Shown piece by piece: positions 20,083 through 29,815 of a stretch of DNA of 63,076 nt. Below the pieces are notes generated by a model. It was not told the DNA's origin. It made no database searches and worked only from the letters and a program-made list of their open reading frames with translations. The translations under genes and the position numbers were made by a program. Each line of letters opens with the position of its first letter. Positions within the stretch are counted from its first letter, which is position 1. The stretch lies in IMG/VR virus record IMGVR_UViG_3300025141_015636; one strand, 5' to 3'. This DNA comes from an uncultured virus (IMG/VR IMGVR_UViG_3300025141_015636) (Duplodnaviria; Heunggongvirae; Uroviricota; Caudoviricetes).

Positions 20083-21069
20083 ATGAAAGCTTTAGTTACC
20101 GGAGGTTGTGGATTTATAGGCTCACACCTTACGAGAAGATTAATTGCTGATGGCCACTCAGTAGACGTAGTTGATGATCTTTCTTCAGGCGAGCTAGCAA
20201 GTCTTACTGGGTTAAAAATGAGAGTAACACTTGCAGACCTTGCAGAAGAATTTTTCAGCTCAATTGAAAATGATCCCAGCCTTACTGTAATACAAGGAGA
20301 TTTTTCGCATAGCTTTATACTCAATAGAATTGAATCAAAAGAGTACGATGTAGTTTTTCACCAGGCAGCAATACCAAGAGTTTTATATTCAGTGGAAAAT
20401 CCTGTAGAAACTTCAGATGTAAATTTACTATCTACTGTAAAGCTAATGGAGGCATGTGCTGGAAATACTGACAGGCTTGTTTTTGCAAGTTCTTCTTCTG
20501 TTTACGGTGGTGCAACAAATCTCCCGACTAGCGAGTCAACTTCAAAAAATCCTCTTTCTCCTTATGCCTGGCAAAAGTCATGTATAGAAGATCTTGCAAA
20601 AATATTTTCAAACTTATACGATCTTGATGTTGTCTGTCTAAGATATTTTAATGCATTTGGACCTGGTCAGCTAGGATCTTCGCCGTATTCAACTGCCATA
20701 GCTGCGTGGTGTAATGCAGTAAGGGATGAAAAGCCACTAAGGAGTGATGGGGACGGAGAACAGTCAAGAGATCTTTGTTATATAGACAATATAGTTGAAG
20801 CAAATATACTCGTATCAAATTCAAAAAAGAAGTTTTCAGGTGAATGCTATAATATTGCATGCGGAGATAGAACATCAAACAATGAGATACTTGAGTGGTT
20901 TTCAAATAATTTTAAAAATATTGAAATTATTAGTGCTCCAGAGAGACAAGGAGATGTAAAGCATACACAGGCAGATATCTCTCTTGCAAAAAAAGATTTT
21001 GGCTATGAACCTATCGTTAGATTTTGGGATGGTCTTGAAAAAACAATTGAATGGTGGGATATAAATTGA
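20083..21069 (+). CDS. NAD-dependent nucleotide-sugar epimerase/dehydratase (GalE/WbpP-like)
   Basis: TGGCGFIGSH, ASSSSVYG, YAWQK (YxxxK), LRYFN, GDGEQSRD. Confidence 0.9.
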   Translation: MKALVTGGCGFIGSHLTRRLIADGHSVDVVDDLSSGELASLTGLKMRVTLADLAEEFFSSIENDPSLTVIQGDFSHSFILNRIESKEYDVVFHQAAIPRVLYSVENPVETSDVNLLSTVKLMEACAGNTDRLVFASSSSVYGGATNLPTSESTSKNPLSPYAWQKSCIEDLAKIFSNLYDLDVVCLRYFNAFGPGQLGSSPYSTAIAAWCNAVRDEKPLRSDGDGEQSRDLCYIDNIVEANILVSNSKKKFSGECYNIACGDRTSNNEILEWFSNNFKNIEIISAPERQGDVKHTQADISLAKKDFGYEPIVRFWDGLEKTIEWWDIN

Positions 21070-21494
21070 GTGCATACAAAGACGTGAAACATGTTAAGTC
21101 AGCTTGGATTTCAAAGAGTAAAAAAATAACTACTGAAAAACCGTGGGGCCTTGAAACATCGTGGTCTAGTTTCGATGGAATACATGGAAAAACACTTTTT
21201 ATAAGAGAGGGTTTTAGAACAAGTTTGAAATATCACAAGATGAAATCAGAAGTTTTGACAGTAAGAATTGGAAAGATAGAAGTTGAGTTTGGAGACGAGC
21301 TATCACTAGTAGATACAATAGGTCATCCGATGAATAAAGAAATACTTGAACAAGGTGATGTTCTCTTTGTTCAATCAGGATCACCATATAGAATTAAAGC
21401 ACTAGAAAATTCTGAGATAATAGAGATTGGAAATCATGGCTCTGATATGCCAATTAGAGTTGAAGATGATTACGGGAGACAAAGTGATAAATAG
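21051..21494 (+). CDS. Cupin (mannose-6-phosphate isomerase type II C-terminal-like)
   Basis: EKPWG, TSLKYHKMKSE, RVEDDYGR motifs. Confidence 0.75.
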   Translation: MVGYKLSAYKDVKHVKSAWISKSKKITTEKPWGLETSWSSFDGIHGKTLFIREGFRTSLKYHKMKSEVLTVRIGKIEVEFGDELSLVDTIGHPMNKEILEQGDVLFVQSGSPYRIKALENSEIIEIGNHGSDMPIRVEDDYGRQSDK

Positions 21495-21495
21495 A

Positions 21496-22053
21496 ATGCC
21501 AGAATTTATAATCTTTACAGGTCCAATGTTCGGATCAAAAACAAGTCGACTTATATCTGCAATCGATAGATATAGATACCAAAATAGAAAAATTACAGCT
21601 TTTAAGCCAAAACTTGATAGAAGATATTCAGAGGTAGAAATTACAACTCATAACGGTGCATCTCTTCCTGCAGTAACAGTTGGATCTGGAGAAGATATTC
21701 TTAATCACATAAAATCACTAGATTATGAAACTAGTGTTGTAGCTGTTGATGAAGCATTTATGATCGAAGGATCAGCAGAGGCTCTATTGACTTTATTTAG
21801 GCTAGGAAAGACAATAGTTGTTTCTTCTTTGCAAATATCAGCTGCTGGAAACGTATTTACTGAGATTCGAGATATGATGCCCTGGGCTACTAAAATAGAA
21901 GTATGTCCTGCCGTATGTCCTATAACAGGATATGACGCATATTATACTCATAAAAAATTTAAAGATATAGCAGAAATAACAGTAGGCGGATCTGAGCTAT
22001 ATGAACCTAGATGCTGGAGTCATCATCCGTTTATGAATCAAAAGGAGGTATAG
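21496..22053 (+). CDS. tdk: Thymidine kinase
   Basis: GPMFGSKTS, FKPKLDRRY, VDEAF, VGGSELYEPRC. Confidence 0.9.
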   Translation: MPEFIIFTGPMFGSKTSRLISAIDRYRYQNRKITAFKPKLDRRYSEVEITTHNGASLPAVTVGSGEDILNHIKSLDYETSVVAVDEAFMIEGSAEALLTLFRLGKTIVVSSLQISAAGNVFTEIRDMMPWATKIEVCPAVCPITGYDAYYTHKKFKDIAEITVGGSELYEPRCWSHHPFMNQKEV

Positions 22054-22058
22054 TTAAT

Positions 22059-22970
22059 ATGATAGAACCAGCAAGTGTAAATTGTGTAATTTATCATGCA
22101 GATTGTACTGATGGCTTTGGTGCGGCATATTCTGCTTGGAAACAATTAGGAAATAGAGCAGAATATCACGCATGCAAACATGGAACACCCCCACCAGATG
22201 TAAAAGGCAAAAACGTTGTTATACTTGATTTTTCCTTTGATAATGCGACTACAAAAAGAATGATAGAAGATTCAAATGGATTACTTGTAATAGATCATCA
22301 TAAATCTGCAATGGTTGAGTTGCATGATATATCAAATACTAAATTTGATATGAACAAGTCAGGTGCAATGCTAGCATGGGAATTCTTTCACCCGGGCAAA
22401 GATCCACCAAAATTTATCAAGTATATTCAAGATAGAGATTTGTGGACATGGGAACTAGAATACTCAAAAGAGTTTAGTGCTGCTTTCGACATGGTACCAT
22501 TCGAGTTTGAAGAGTTTGAGAAATTCGAAGATGATTCGGTCTTTGATGATGCGAGAAAGAGAGGATCGTTTATACTTGCGTATTCAAAAACTGTTGTTAA
22601 GAAGGTATGCGAAAAAGCATCACCTCGAAAAATGGACGGAATGGATGCAATGGTAGTAAATGCCTCTCACTGGATGTCTGAAATTGGCGCACGGCTAGCA
22701 CCTGACTGTGATTTTGCAATGATTTGGTATTGGGATCACGAAGATCAAATGACAAAAGTAAGCCTAAGAGCTTTCCATGAAACAGTAGATGTATCTGAAA
22801 TAGCTAAGAAGTTTGGTGGGGGTGGCCATAAAAAGGCAGCGGGTTTTCAGCTTCCCAAAAACAAGCATGTTGAAGATTTGTTTGATAAACCGAAACAAGT
22901 AAGAAAACGAAGACAAACAAGACAGAAAAAAGAAAAACCTAAAGAAAAGTCTAAAGAGTCTGAGGAGTAG
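22059..22970 (+). CDS. DHH/DHHA1 phosphoesterase (oligoribonuclease / cyclic-dinucleotide phosphodiesterase family)
   Basis: YHADCTDG, LDF, IDHH, SLR, GGGGHKKAAG; AGGAGG RBS before 22059. Confidence 0.88.
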   Translation: MIEPASVNCVIYHADCTDGFGAAYSAWKQLGNRAEYHACKHGTPPPDVKGKNVVILDFSFDNATTKRMIEDSNGLLVIDHHKSAMVELHDISNTKFDMNKSGAMLAWEFFHPGKDPPKFIKYIQDRDLWTWELEYSKEFSAAFDMVPFEFEEFEKFEDDSVFDDARKRGSFILAYSKTVVKKVCEKASPRKMDGMDAMVVNASHWMSEIGARLAPDCDFAMIWYWDHEDQMTKVSLRAFHETVDVSEIAKKFGGGGHKKAAGFQLPKNKHVEDLFDKPKQVRKRRQTRQKKEKPKEKSKESEE

Positions 22971-22975
22971 AAATA

Positions 22976-23698
22976 ATGTCTTATCTTGGATTTGTAAAGA
23001 TGATTACAAGAGATTATTTATCTGGGATAGATCACCCAAAAGTTCTTGAGATAGGTGTTCACTACGGACAGTCGTGTATTCCTATGATTTATAATTTATC
23101 GCTATCATCGAAAAATTTTCTATATTCGGGAGTTGATATACTAATTAGAAAACAACTTTGTGAACAGCTTTCACAATTAGAGGGAGTCGCGATAGTCCCA
23201 TTTGATAAACCGACTGGAAGAGATGTTATGCTTTTTCAAGAAAATAGTCTCGCGTGGCTTGATAAAATTGATATACCTGAAATAAAATATGATCTTGTAA
23301 TGATAGACGGGGATCACAATTATTATACTGTTTCAAATGAGCTAAGGCTAGTTCAGAAAATGATCAAGCCCGAATCTTTGATAATATGTGATGATTTTTT
23401 TGGAAAATACTCACAAAAAGATATGTTCTATTCTGATAGATTGTCACATAGGGATGTTGATATTTCAACTGACAAAGTAGAAAATAAAAAAGAAGGTGTT
23501 ATGAATGCTGTATGTGATTTTATAAATGAATATCCATCCTGGTCAGGAAGAGGCTTGGATGGTGTTGATCCTATTATTTTATATAGAAACGATATTTGGA
23601 ATCCAATAGAAATAGTATCTGAAGAAAATCCAGGTGAAGAATCAAAAGGTTTTGCAAGATCTGGATCTTTGCAAATGAGCAAAAAAGAGAAAAAATGA
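22976..23698 (+). CDS. Class I SAM-dependent methyltransferase (Methyltransf_24-like)
   Basis: VLEIGVHYGQS, DLVMIDGDHNY, IICDD. Confidence 0.75.
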   Translation: MSYLGFVKMITRDYLSGIDHPKVLEIGVHYGQSCIPMIYNLSLSSKNFLYSGVDILIRKQLCEQLSQLEGVAIVPFDKPTGRDVMLFQENSLAWLDKIDIPEIKYDLVMIDGDHNYYTVSNELRLVQKMIKPESLIICDDFFGKYSQKDMFYSDRLSHRDVDISTDKVENKKEGVMNAVCDFINEYPSWSGRGLDGVDPIILYRNDIWNPIEIVSEENPGEESKGFARSGSLQMSKKEKK

Positions 23699-24102
23699 GA
23701 CCATCGTGGGATAAAATTTGGATGGATTTTGCATATTCAATATCAAGAAGATCTTATGATCCCAGATTTCAAGTAGGCGCTGTCGTTGTAACAAATGATA
23801 ATACACAGGTGCTTGCTGTTGGATATAATGGTAATTATTCCGGTGGTCCAAATGAAGTTGAATCAAAAATACCCGGACAATCTGGAATGCTTCATGCTGA
23901 AATTAATGCTCTTCTAAAAATGGATTATAACAATCCAAAAGATAAAAAGATGTATCTAACGCTATCTCCGTGTAGGATGTGTGCAAAGGCTATTGTGAAT
24001 TCTGGGATAGGAGAAGTCTTTTATTCAGAGCTGTATAGAGACGATTCTTCTATAAAAATACTTGAAGATGCTGGAATTAAGCATAAACTATTACAAGTTT
24101 AA
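23695..24102 (+). CDS. dCMP deaminase
   Basis: RPSWD, VGAVVV, GYNG, HAEINA, SPCRMC. Confidence 0.9.
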   Translation: MRPSWDKIWMDFAYSISRRSYDPRFQVGAVVVTNDNTQVLAVGYNGNYSGGPNEVESKIPGQSGMLHAEINALLKMDYNNPKDKKMYLTLSPCRMCAKAIVNSGIGEVFYSELYRDDSSIKILEDAGIKHKLLQV

Positions 24103-24123
24103 CAATAATTAGGTATAGAAGCC

Positions 24124-24372
24124 ATGAATGTAATTACAAAAAACGACATCGAAAATCTTATTAAGTTTATATCAGAATCATTTGCTATAAGTGCAGACGA
24201 TAGAATTTTAATAGCGCCTGGTCTAAAAATAAGGCATCCGGTTAGTAATTTAAACTACGAAGTAACAGAGGTAATGCCTGGTGAAAAGGGAATACTTGTA
24301 AGGTGTGTGAACGGAGCAGGAGATGAAATTGTAATTACAGGAAAAGATCTTCAAGATTATCGGAGTCCATAA
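24124..24372 (+). CDS. Hypothetical protein
   Basis: ORF preceded by the ATAATTA motif and coupled to the next gene. Confidence 0.55.
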   Translation: MNVITKNDIENLIKFISESFAISADDRILIAPGLKIRHPVSNLNYEVTEVMPGEKGILVRCVNGAGDEIVITGKDLQDYRSP

Positions 24373-25061
24373 TGGATAAGTTTAAAAAAGATATAATAGA
24401 AGGAATCAAAAGAGATTTAAATATTTCTGAGAGAAGCCTTAATGAATCGCTAGTTGCACAAGTGAAAACTTTTAATTTACCTACTGAGCTTTTAAGCAAG
24501 GCAAATAAAGAAAATCATGTAGAGCTATATCATCAGTATGTTAAAGATTTTAATAAGATTAGTGCAGAGCTAGATACAGCAAGCAGAGATGCTTCAAATT
24601 CAAATGATAGTGATTTTAGATCTTTAAAAATTGATGAAACGTATAATATGAATGCTTCATATCTTCATGAGCTTTATTTTAACAATATAAGTGATTTAAA
24701 TAGTCAAATTGGAATGGATACACTTGCATATATGAGACTTGCAAGAGATTTTGGCTCATTCGACGCCTGGCAATCTGACTTTATAGCATGCTGTTTAAGC
24801 TCTAGATGCGGCTGGGCAATGACTTATTATAATACTTTTACAAGAACATATATGAATTGTGCAATTGATTTGCATAGCTTGAATGTTCCTGTTGGGTCAT
24901 ATCCCGTAGTAGTCATGGATGTATGGCAACATGCTTATTACAGAGATTATTTAAAAGATGTCAAGACCTATGTATATGCAATGATGAAACAATTAAACTG
25001 GCAAGTAATAAGCAATAGAATTGAAAAGGCTGATAAAATAGCAGAGGTTCTAAGGAGTTAA
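24372..25061 (+). CDS. Fe/Mn superoxide dismutase-like protein with N-terminal extension
   Basis: LHELYF, FGSFDAW, GWA, MDVWQHAYY, NW motifs. Confidence 0.8.
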   Translation: MDKFKKDIIEGIKRDLNISERSLNESLVAQVKTFNLPTELLSKANKENHVELYHQYVKDFNKISAELDTASRDASNSNDSDFRSLKIDETYNMNASYLHELYFNNISDLNSQIGMDTLAYMRLARDFGSFDAWQSDFIACCLSSRCGWAMTYYNTFTRTYMNCAIDLHSLNVPVGSYPVVVMDVWQHAYYRDYLKDVKTYVYAMMKQLNWQVISNRIEKADKIAEVLRS

Positions 25062-25062
25062 T

Positions 25063-25662
25063 ATGAAAAGATTACAAGAAATATCTACGTTTCTCAAAGA
25101 GGCAGTTGAAGAATTGTACTCTGAAATTGAAGTAGATAATCCAAATAGAAAGCATGAAAGTTCTGTTGATGATCAGATAGATGCATTTTTAATAAAGTTC
25201 GAGTCAGATTCTGTCCTTTCAGAAGAAGAAAAAATCTTCGAGTCATTTAAAAAACTTTCACTCTCAATGCTTATGGAGCAACCAGATGATGAAGATAGTG
25301 AAGATACCGATGCTGCTGACGAAGACGAAGATGAAAGTGATACTCCCGATCCAGCACTAAGTGATAGGCAAAAAACAGATCAACCGCTAGATACACCAAA
25401 AATGCCTCTAGATGTTGAATCATTTACAAATAGGGTTGCAAGGCTAGCTTTAAATGCAGAAACACTCTTGAATGTTAGAAACGTTATTATAAACAGGGCA
25501 CTAAACTATCTTGAAAATAATTACGACCCCGAACATGCAAATGAAATGAAGAATATTCTTGATATGCAGTTTGATTTAGAAATTGATCCTTCAAACGAAC
25601 CAAAGGAAGTTCCATATGCTGTCGGAGCTTATGCAGGCGGAACAAGTAGCGGAGGAGCATAA
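25063..25662 (+). CDS. Acidic hypothetical protein, probably virion-associated
   Basis: 199-aa ORF with an acidic linker, co-oriented and tightly packed. Confidence 0.6.
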   Translation: MKRLQEISTFLKEAVEELYSEIEVDNPNRKHESSVDDQIDAFLIKFESDSVLSEEEKIFESFKKLSLSMLMEQPDDEDSEDTDAADEDEDESDTPDPALSDRQKTDQPLDTPKMPLDVESFTNRVARLALNAETLLNVRNVIINRALNYLENNYDPEHANEMKNILDMQFDLEIDPSNEPKEVPYAVGAYAGGTSSGGA

Positions 25663-25664
25663 TA

Positions 25665-25946
25665 TTGTCAAAGCTTTCTAAGGAACTAGAAGGAAGAAAA
25701 TCACTTCACTTTAATATTAGGGCAAATGCACACAGTGCACTTAGAATAGCATGCTTCAAAAATAAGATAACTATGCAAGATTTTTTTAATGAGATATCAC
25801 AGCTCGTAGAGATAGAAGACCAGCATATGATTTCAATAATAAAAGATCTATCAGATAGAAAGAGAAGCAAAGCAATAGAAAAAATTTCTGTGTCTGATAC
25901 AGATGATTTGTACGATATAATAGAGAAATCTGTTGGCAAAGAGTAG
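25665..25946 (+). CDS. Hypothetical protein, possibly ribbon-helix-helix
   Basis: RKSLHFNI strand followed by two helices. Confidence 0.5.
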   Translation: MSKLSKELEGRKSLHFNIRANAHSALRIACFKNKITMQDFFNEISQLVEIEDQHMISIIKDLSDRKRSKAIEKISVSDTDDLYDIIEKSVGKE

Positions 25947-25949
25947 ATT

Positions 25950-26219
25950 ATGAAAATTTTAAAAAATATAGTAGAAAAGATTTTTCTATCATTTGGTAAA
26001 AAAAAATCTCCAATAGAGCTTAGAGTCTTAGATCTTGAGAGAAGAATTGATCTCGCTGCAGCAATTATAACAGAGCAAAGTAAGCTAATATCATCACTTG
26101 CAATAATACAAAATGATCTAGCAATTCAAGTTAGAGATCTTGGAATTGTCAATAGTGCGAGTGATGAAAAATCTTATTTGGAGCTTTTAAGTATTGATGA
26201 TGATGAGTTTATAAACTAG
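25950..26219 (+). CDS. Hypothetical coiled-coil protein
   Basis: 89-aa ORF within the operon. Confidence 0.55.
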   Translation: MKILKNIVEKIFLSFGKKKSPIELRVLDLERRIDLAAAIITEQSKLISSLAIIQNDLAIQVRDLGIVNSASDEKSYLELLSIDDDEFIN

Positions 26220-26226
26220 GAAAAAA

Positions 26227-26466
26227 ATGATAGATAATGAAATTGATATAAAAGAGGCCAATGCGATTATTGAAGGTCAAAAATTAGGAATCGTAGATAG
26301 AATAGTTGGAAGACTTATTTCTCGTAAGTTTTTTGTATTTTTAACAGCAACAGGACTATTGGCATATAATTTTTTAGATGCTGATACCTGGGGAATGATT
26401 GCCATGATTTATATCGGTGGTCAAACAGTTATCGATGCAGCAATATCCTGGAAGCATGGAAAATGA
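26227..26466 (+). CDS. Small two-TM membrane protein, holin-like
   Basis: SRKFFVFLTATGLL and WGMIAMIYIGGQ..ID, resembling SRK-type phage holins. Confidence 0.55.
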   Translation: MIDNEIDIKEANAIIEGQKLGIVDRIVGRLISRKFFVFLTATGLLAYNFLDADTWGMIAMIYIGGQTVIDAAISWKHGK

Positions 26467-26876
26467 TTCAAGCATTAACATGGGCATCAGTTAAGCTATT
26501 TTTTAAAAAAGTGCTAGTCTGGTGTAAGCACAACTGGAAGATACTGGCAATATCGCTATGGACACTTTTTATATGGATTGTAGCTAGAAAAAATGTCGAA
26601 TCATATAAGAAAGTACTTGACACGTCGATACAAAGCTATAAAGATGAACTGGCAGCAGTAGAAAAAACTCACAAAGATGAAATAGAAAAAAGAGATCTAG
26701 CTGTAAAGAAGTATGCAGATGTAATAAAATCAATAGAAGATTCTTATATACAAGATAGAGAAAGTCTATCAGACGAAAAAAGAAAGAAAATTAAAGAAAT
26801 GGTAGATGATTATTATAATGATCAAGAATCTTTAAATCAAGAACTTGAAAAGTTAGGATTTAAAAATGTTAAATAG
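26463..26876 (+). CDS. Membrane-anchored coiled-coil protein, i-spanin-like
   Basis: N-terminal TM segment followed by a charged coiled coil. Confidence 0.45.
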   Translation: MIQALTWASVKLFFKKVLVWCKHNWKILAISLWTLFIWIVARKNVESYKKVLDTSIQSYKDELAAVEKTHKDEIEKRDLAVKKYADVIKSIEDSYIQDRESLSDEKRKKIKEMVDDYYNDQESLNQELEKLGFKNVK

Positions 26877-27333
26877 AATAATATCTTTAGTTTTATGTAC
26901 ATCACTTATTTTCCCATCAGCATTATTTGCACAAGACGTAGAGTCTCCTTCTGAGGTGCCAATGTATACTCATTTAGAAGAAGGAGAAGCTGCACCATTT
27001 GATGGCACACTTTTTAACCCTATAGCTCTAGGGACGCTTTTATCTGAAAATCAGTATTCTCTAAGCGAATGTGATCTAAGGATCGAATTTGAATTAAATA
27101 GAAGAAGTGCAGAATGTCAGCTTAGATACGATATCTTACAAGCAAGTTATGATTCTCTAAATGATAGATACGATCTTATATTAGAAATAAAAAATAATGA
27201 AATTCAAACCTATAGAGAGTTAGCGCTAGAGAGACCAAACAAAAATAGTCAATGGTGGCTGGCTGGGGGCTTTGTAATAGGTTCCTTGACTTCTATAGCA
27301 ATTTTCTATGCTTCTACAGAAATATCTAAGTAA
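26866..27333 (+). CDS. Exported coiled-coil protein with C-terminal TM segment
   Basis: Signal peptide, APFDGTL motif, coiled coil, WWLAGGFVIG TM segment. Confidence 0.5.
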   Translation: MLNRIISLVLCTSLIFPSALFAQDVESPSEVPMYTHLEEGEAAPFDGTLFNPIALGTLLSENQYSLSECDLRIEFELNRRSAECQLRYDILQASYDSLNDRYDLILEIKNNEIQTYRELALERPNKNSQWWLAGGFVIGSLTSIAIFYASTEISK

Positions 27334-27432
27334 TTTTATTTTTCAATAGTTTGTATTAGAATTAAATTGATTGTAGAGATTTAAAATATCTTTGCGCTTA
27401 GGGAATATTTAGATTCAGGGAGAGCATAACAA

Positions 27433-29814
27433 ATGCAGATTATAGTTAATAGAAATGCTCTAGTTCAGGCGATACTAGAGTCGATGAACAATAATGAAGA
27501 AGAGTACGATCCAGAATTCGAGAGAATAAACGTTTTTGAAGATGAGCCGATCAAGCCAGTTGAGATGATGTCAACACAGCTTGCAGAAGAGCTTCCGCCA
27601 GTTGATGATCCTGATTATATACCGGGATCTCTTGATCAGCTTGCAAGATCTGCTTACGCAATTTCCAAAGAAGTTCCTGAATCTCAAGTTGAATTCTTTT
27701 ATAGAAAACTACATAAACTACTAGACATAGTTCTTGATAGAGAAGAAGAAAAGAACATGAAGCAAGAGTCTGTAAGATCAATAATAAAAGCTCTTGTAGA
27801 GTCAAATAGTAGACAGTCAGAACTTTTAAAAGTCTCTGCCCAAAAGATAAATCAAGGATTGTCAGACTGGAACAAAGAAGCAGAAGATCTTTTGTCACAA
27901 GATGCATTTACGGATGTAACATCTGATGAAATATTATCGATGCTAGCATCTTTTGTAACTGGAATTGGAGACAACGATGAAGAATCGACAGCAGATCTTT
28001 CACATGATGAACCCTATGTTTCTCCTCATGAAGATATTGAGTCTGATATGAATGATGAAGAAGATTCTAAAGATGACTCAGAAGAAGATGATGATTTTGA
28101 TGACTCAGAAGAAGATGACGATTTTGATGATACTGGAGAGATGGCAGATGATCATGGCGAAGAATGGTATAGAAGTATTGCACTAGACAGTGTTATAGAC
28201 TCAATTTTATCAAAAGGGAAGCATCTCGTACATCTAAGAGATGATAATGGAAAAGTTCAAACAGCTCCAACACTAAAAATGGATGATCAAGGAAATATCA
28301 CACTAAGAGATGAACCGATGAAAGTTCTTGCATCACAATCAGCAACAGTTGATATAGTTTCAAGTGCTTTAGATGATCAGGACGTTCGAGATTCATTCAA
28401 CAATCTTGTATCATTGATAAGTAAGTCAGGCGATCCAAATGACTCACATGCAAAGAAAATATCTTATTTTTTCCTAATTGATGGATTTCGTGAATACCTT
28501 GGAAGTGACGATGATCCTGTTGATGAAGAAACTGCAGCAATTATGGCAGCAAATAATATGGCAGACAATATTTCAAAATCTTTGGGAATACCAAAGTTTG
28601 GACAGGAAATATCAGATGAGATGATAAAGGCAGCTGATGATTTATCATCATCAGACGAAGAAACAGTTCAAGCTTCTTCTGGAGCCGGGTCTGATATTCT
28701 TACAAGAGAAGTTTCAAAATCTGCTATGGTTGATGCTTTAAGAATCGTTAGTGATGAAAGAAAGGTTAAGCCTAGCAGGGCAAAGAAGCAAATGTATGAT
28801 ATGGATTATGTTCCTACACCCGAGGAGCTAGCTGGGATAGAGTCTGCAAGAGAACTAGCCCAGATAGAAAAGAATATGAAAAGCTTGACTGCAAATGCAG
28901 ATGCGTTCGGATACAGTGCTGCTGGTGGGCTGAGACAGTGGATAAATAAGTTTCCGCTAATGGCTTATACAGTTTTAATGGGTGAAGAAAAAGGAGGCAA
29001 AGCATTTCAAGGATATCAATCTTTACTAAGTGACTATATGCTAACTCTTTTAGATAACTTTGTTGATAAAGTAATACCTGCAATAAAACAAGGTATAGAA
29101 GAAGATAATACAACATCTGATGATAACAAGCTAGAAATTAATTCCCTTCTTGACGAGATATCTAGTGACTTTGAAAAAATGAGGGAATCATCACTTATGA
29201 GTGATGAGGAGGAAATAGATCCTGATTTACTTATGGGTGATTTTGCAGATGGTCAAATTAGCGGAGCAGTTCTACGAAATGCGCTTAACGATCTTTTTAG
29301 AAAAGAAGATCTTATGCAGGTTTCAAAATATATAGAAAAAGAAATGATACCATTTCTCGAGCAGTCTGGTTTATCAAAAAAAGCAGCAACAAAACTTGCT
29401 CATATGTTTAATGGAAGAGTTAAAATGGTTCTTGCAACCGATCTTAAAAAGGCTGCTGCAGGTGAAAATGTTTCGAAATCAGTATCAAATGTTTATAATC
29501 TTGGAATTGGCTATGATGAAATGGCATCTGCACAAAAGAAAGCAGCTGAGATTCTAGAGACGTGGTTTAATGAAGACGAAGCAAAGAAGAGAAGAAAGGC
29601 AGCCTCTTCAAGAGGAGAGTCAAGTAAGTTTAGCAGGGATAAAATTAAAAAATCCGCAGAAGATAAGCTTAAGTCACTTTCAGATAGCAACAAAGAAGAT
29701 GAAAGAATAATGTATCTTGCAGATCTTTTAGACGGTGCAATCTCGTCTGCTGAATCAGATGCATCTCTAGAAGTAGAGCTTGAAAAAATGAAATTACCAA
29801 AATCTGAGAGATAG
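27433..29814 (+). CDS. Large acidic hypothetical protein, probable virion internal protein
   Basis: 793 aa; leader ending ILES, internal SIIKALVES; upstream ATATTTA. Confidence 0.6.
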   Translation: MQIIVNRNALVQAILESMNNNEEEYDPEFERINVFEDEPIKPVEMMSTQLAEELPPVDDPDYIPGSLDQLARSAYAISKEVPESQVEFFYRKLHKLLDIVLDREEEKNMKQESVRSIIKALVESNSRQSELLKVSAQKINQGLSDWNKEAEDLLSQDAFTDVTSDEILSMLASFVTGIGDNDEESTADLSHDEPYVSPHEDIESDMNDEEDSKDDSEEDDDFDDSEEDDDFDDTGEMADDHGEEWYRSIALDSVIDSILSKGKHLVHLRDDNGKVQTAPTLKMDDQGNITLRDEPMKVLASQSATVDIVSSALDDQDVRDSFNNLVSLISKSGDPNDSHAKKISYFFLIDGFREYLGSDDDPVDEETAAIMAANNMADNISKSLGIPKFGQEISDEMIKAADDLSSSDEETVQASSGAGSDILTREVSKSAMVDALRIVSDERKVKPSRAKKQMYDMDYVPTPEELAGIESARELAQIEKNMKSLTANADAFGYSAAGGLRQWINKFPLMAYTVLMGEEKGGKAFQGYQSLLSDYMLTLLDNFVDKVIPAIKQGIEEDNTTSDDNKLEINSLLDEISSDFEKMRESSLMSDEEEIDPDLLMGDFADGQISGAVLRNALNDLFRKEDLMQVSKYIEKEMIPFLEQSGLSKKAATKLAHMFNGRVKMVLATDLKKAAAGENVSKSVSNVYNLGIGYDEMASAQKKAAEILETWFNEDEAKKRRKAASSRGESSKFSRDKIKKSAEDKLKSLSDSNKEDERIMYLADLLDGAISSAESDASLEVELEKMKLPKSER
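28072..28125 (+). repeat. 27-bp tandem duplication (DDSEEDDDF x2)
   Basis: gatgactcagaagaagatga(t/c)gatttt occurs twice with one mismatch. Confidence 0.85.
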
Positions 29815-29815
29815 A

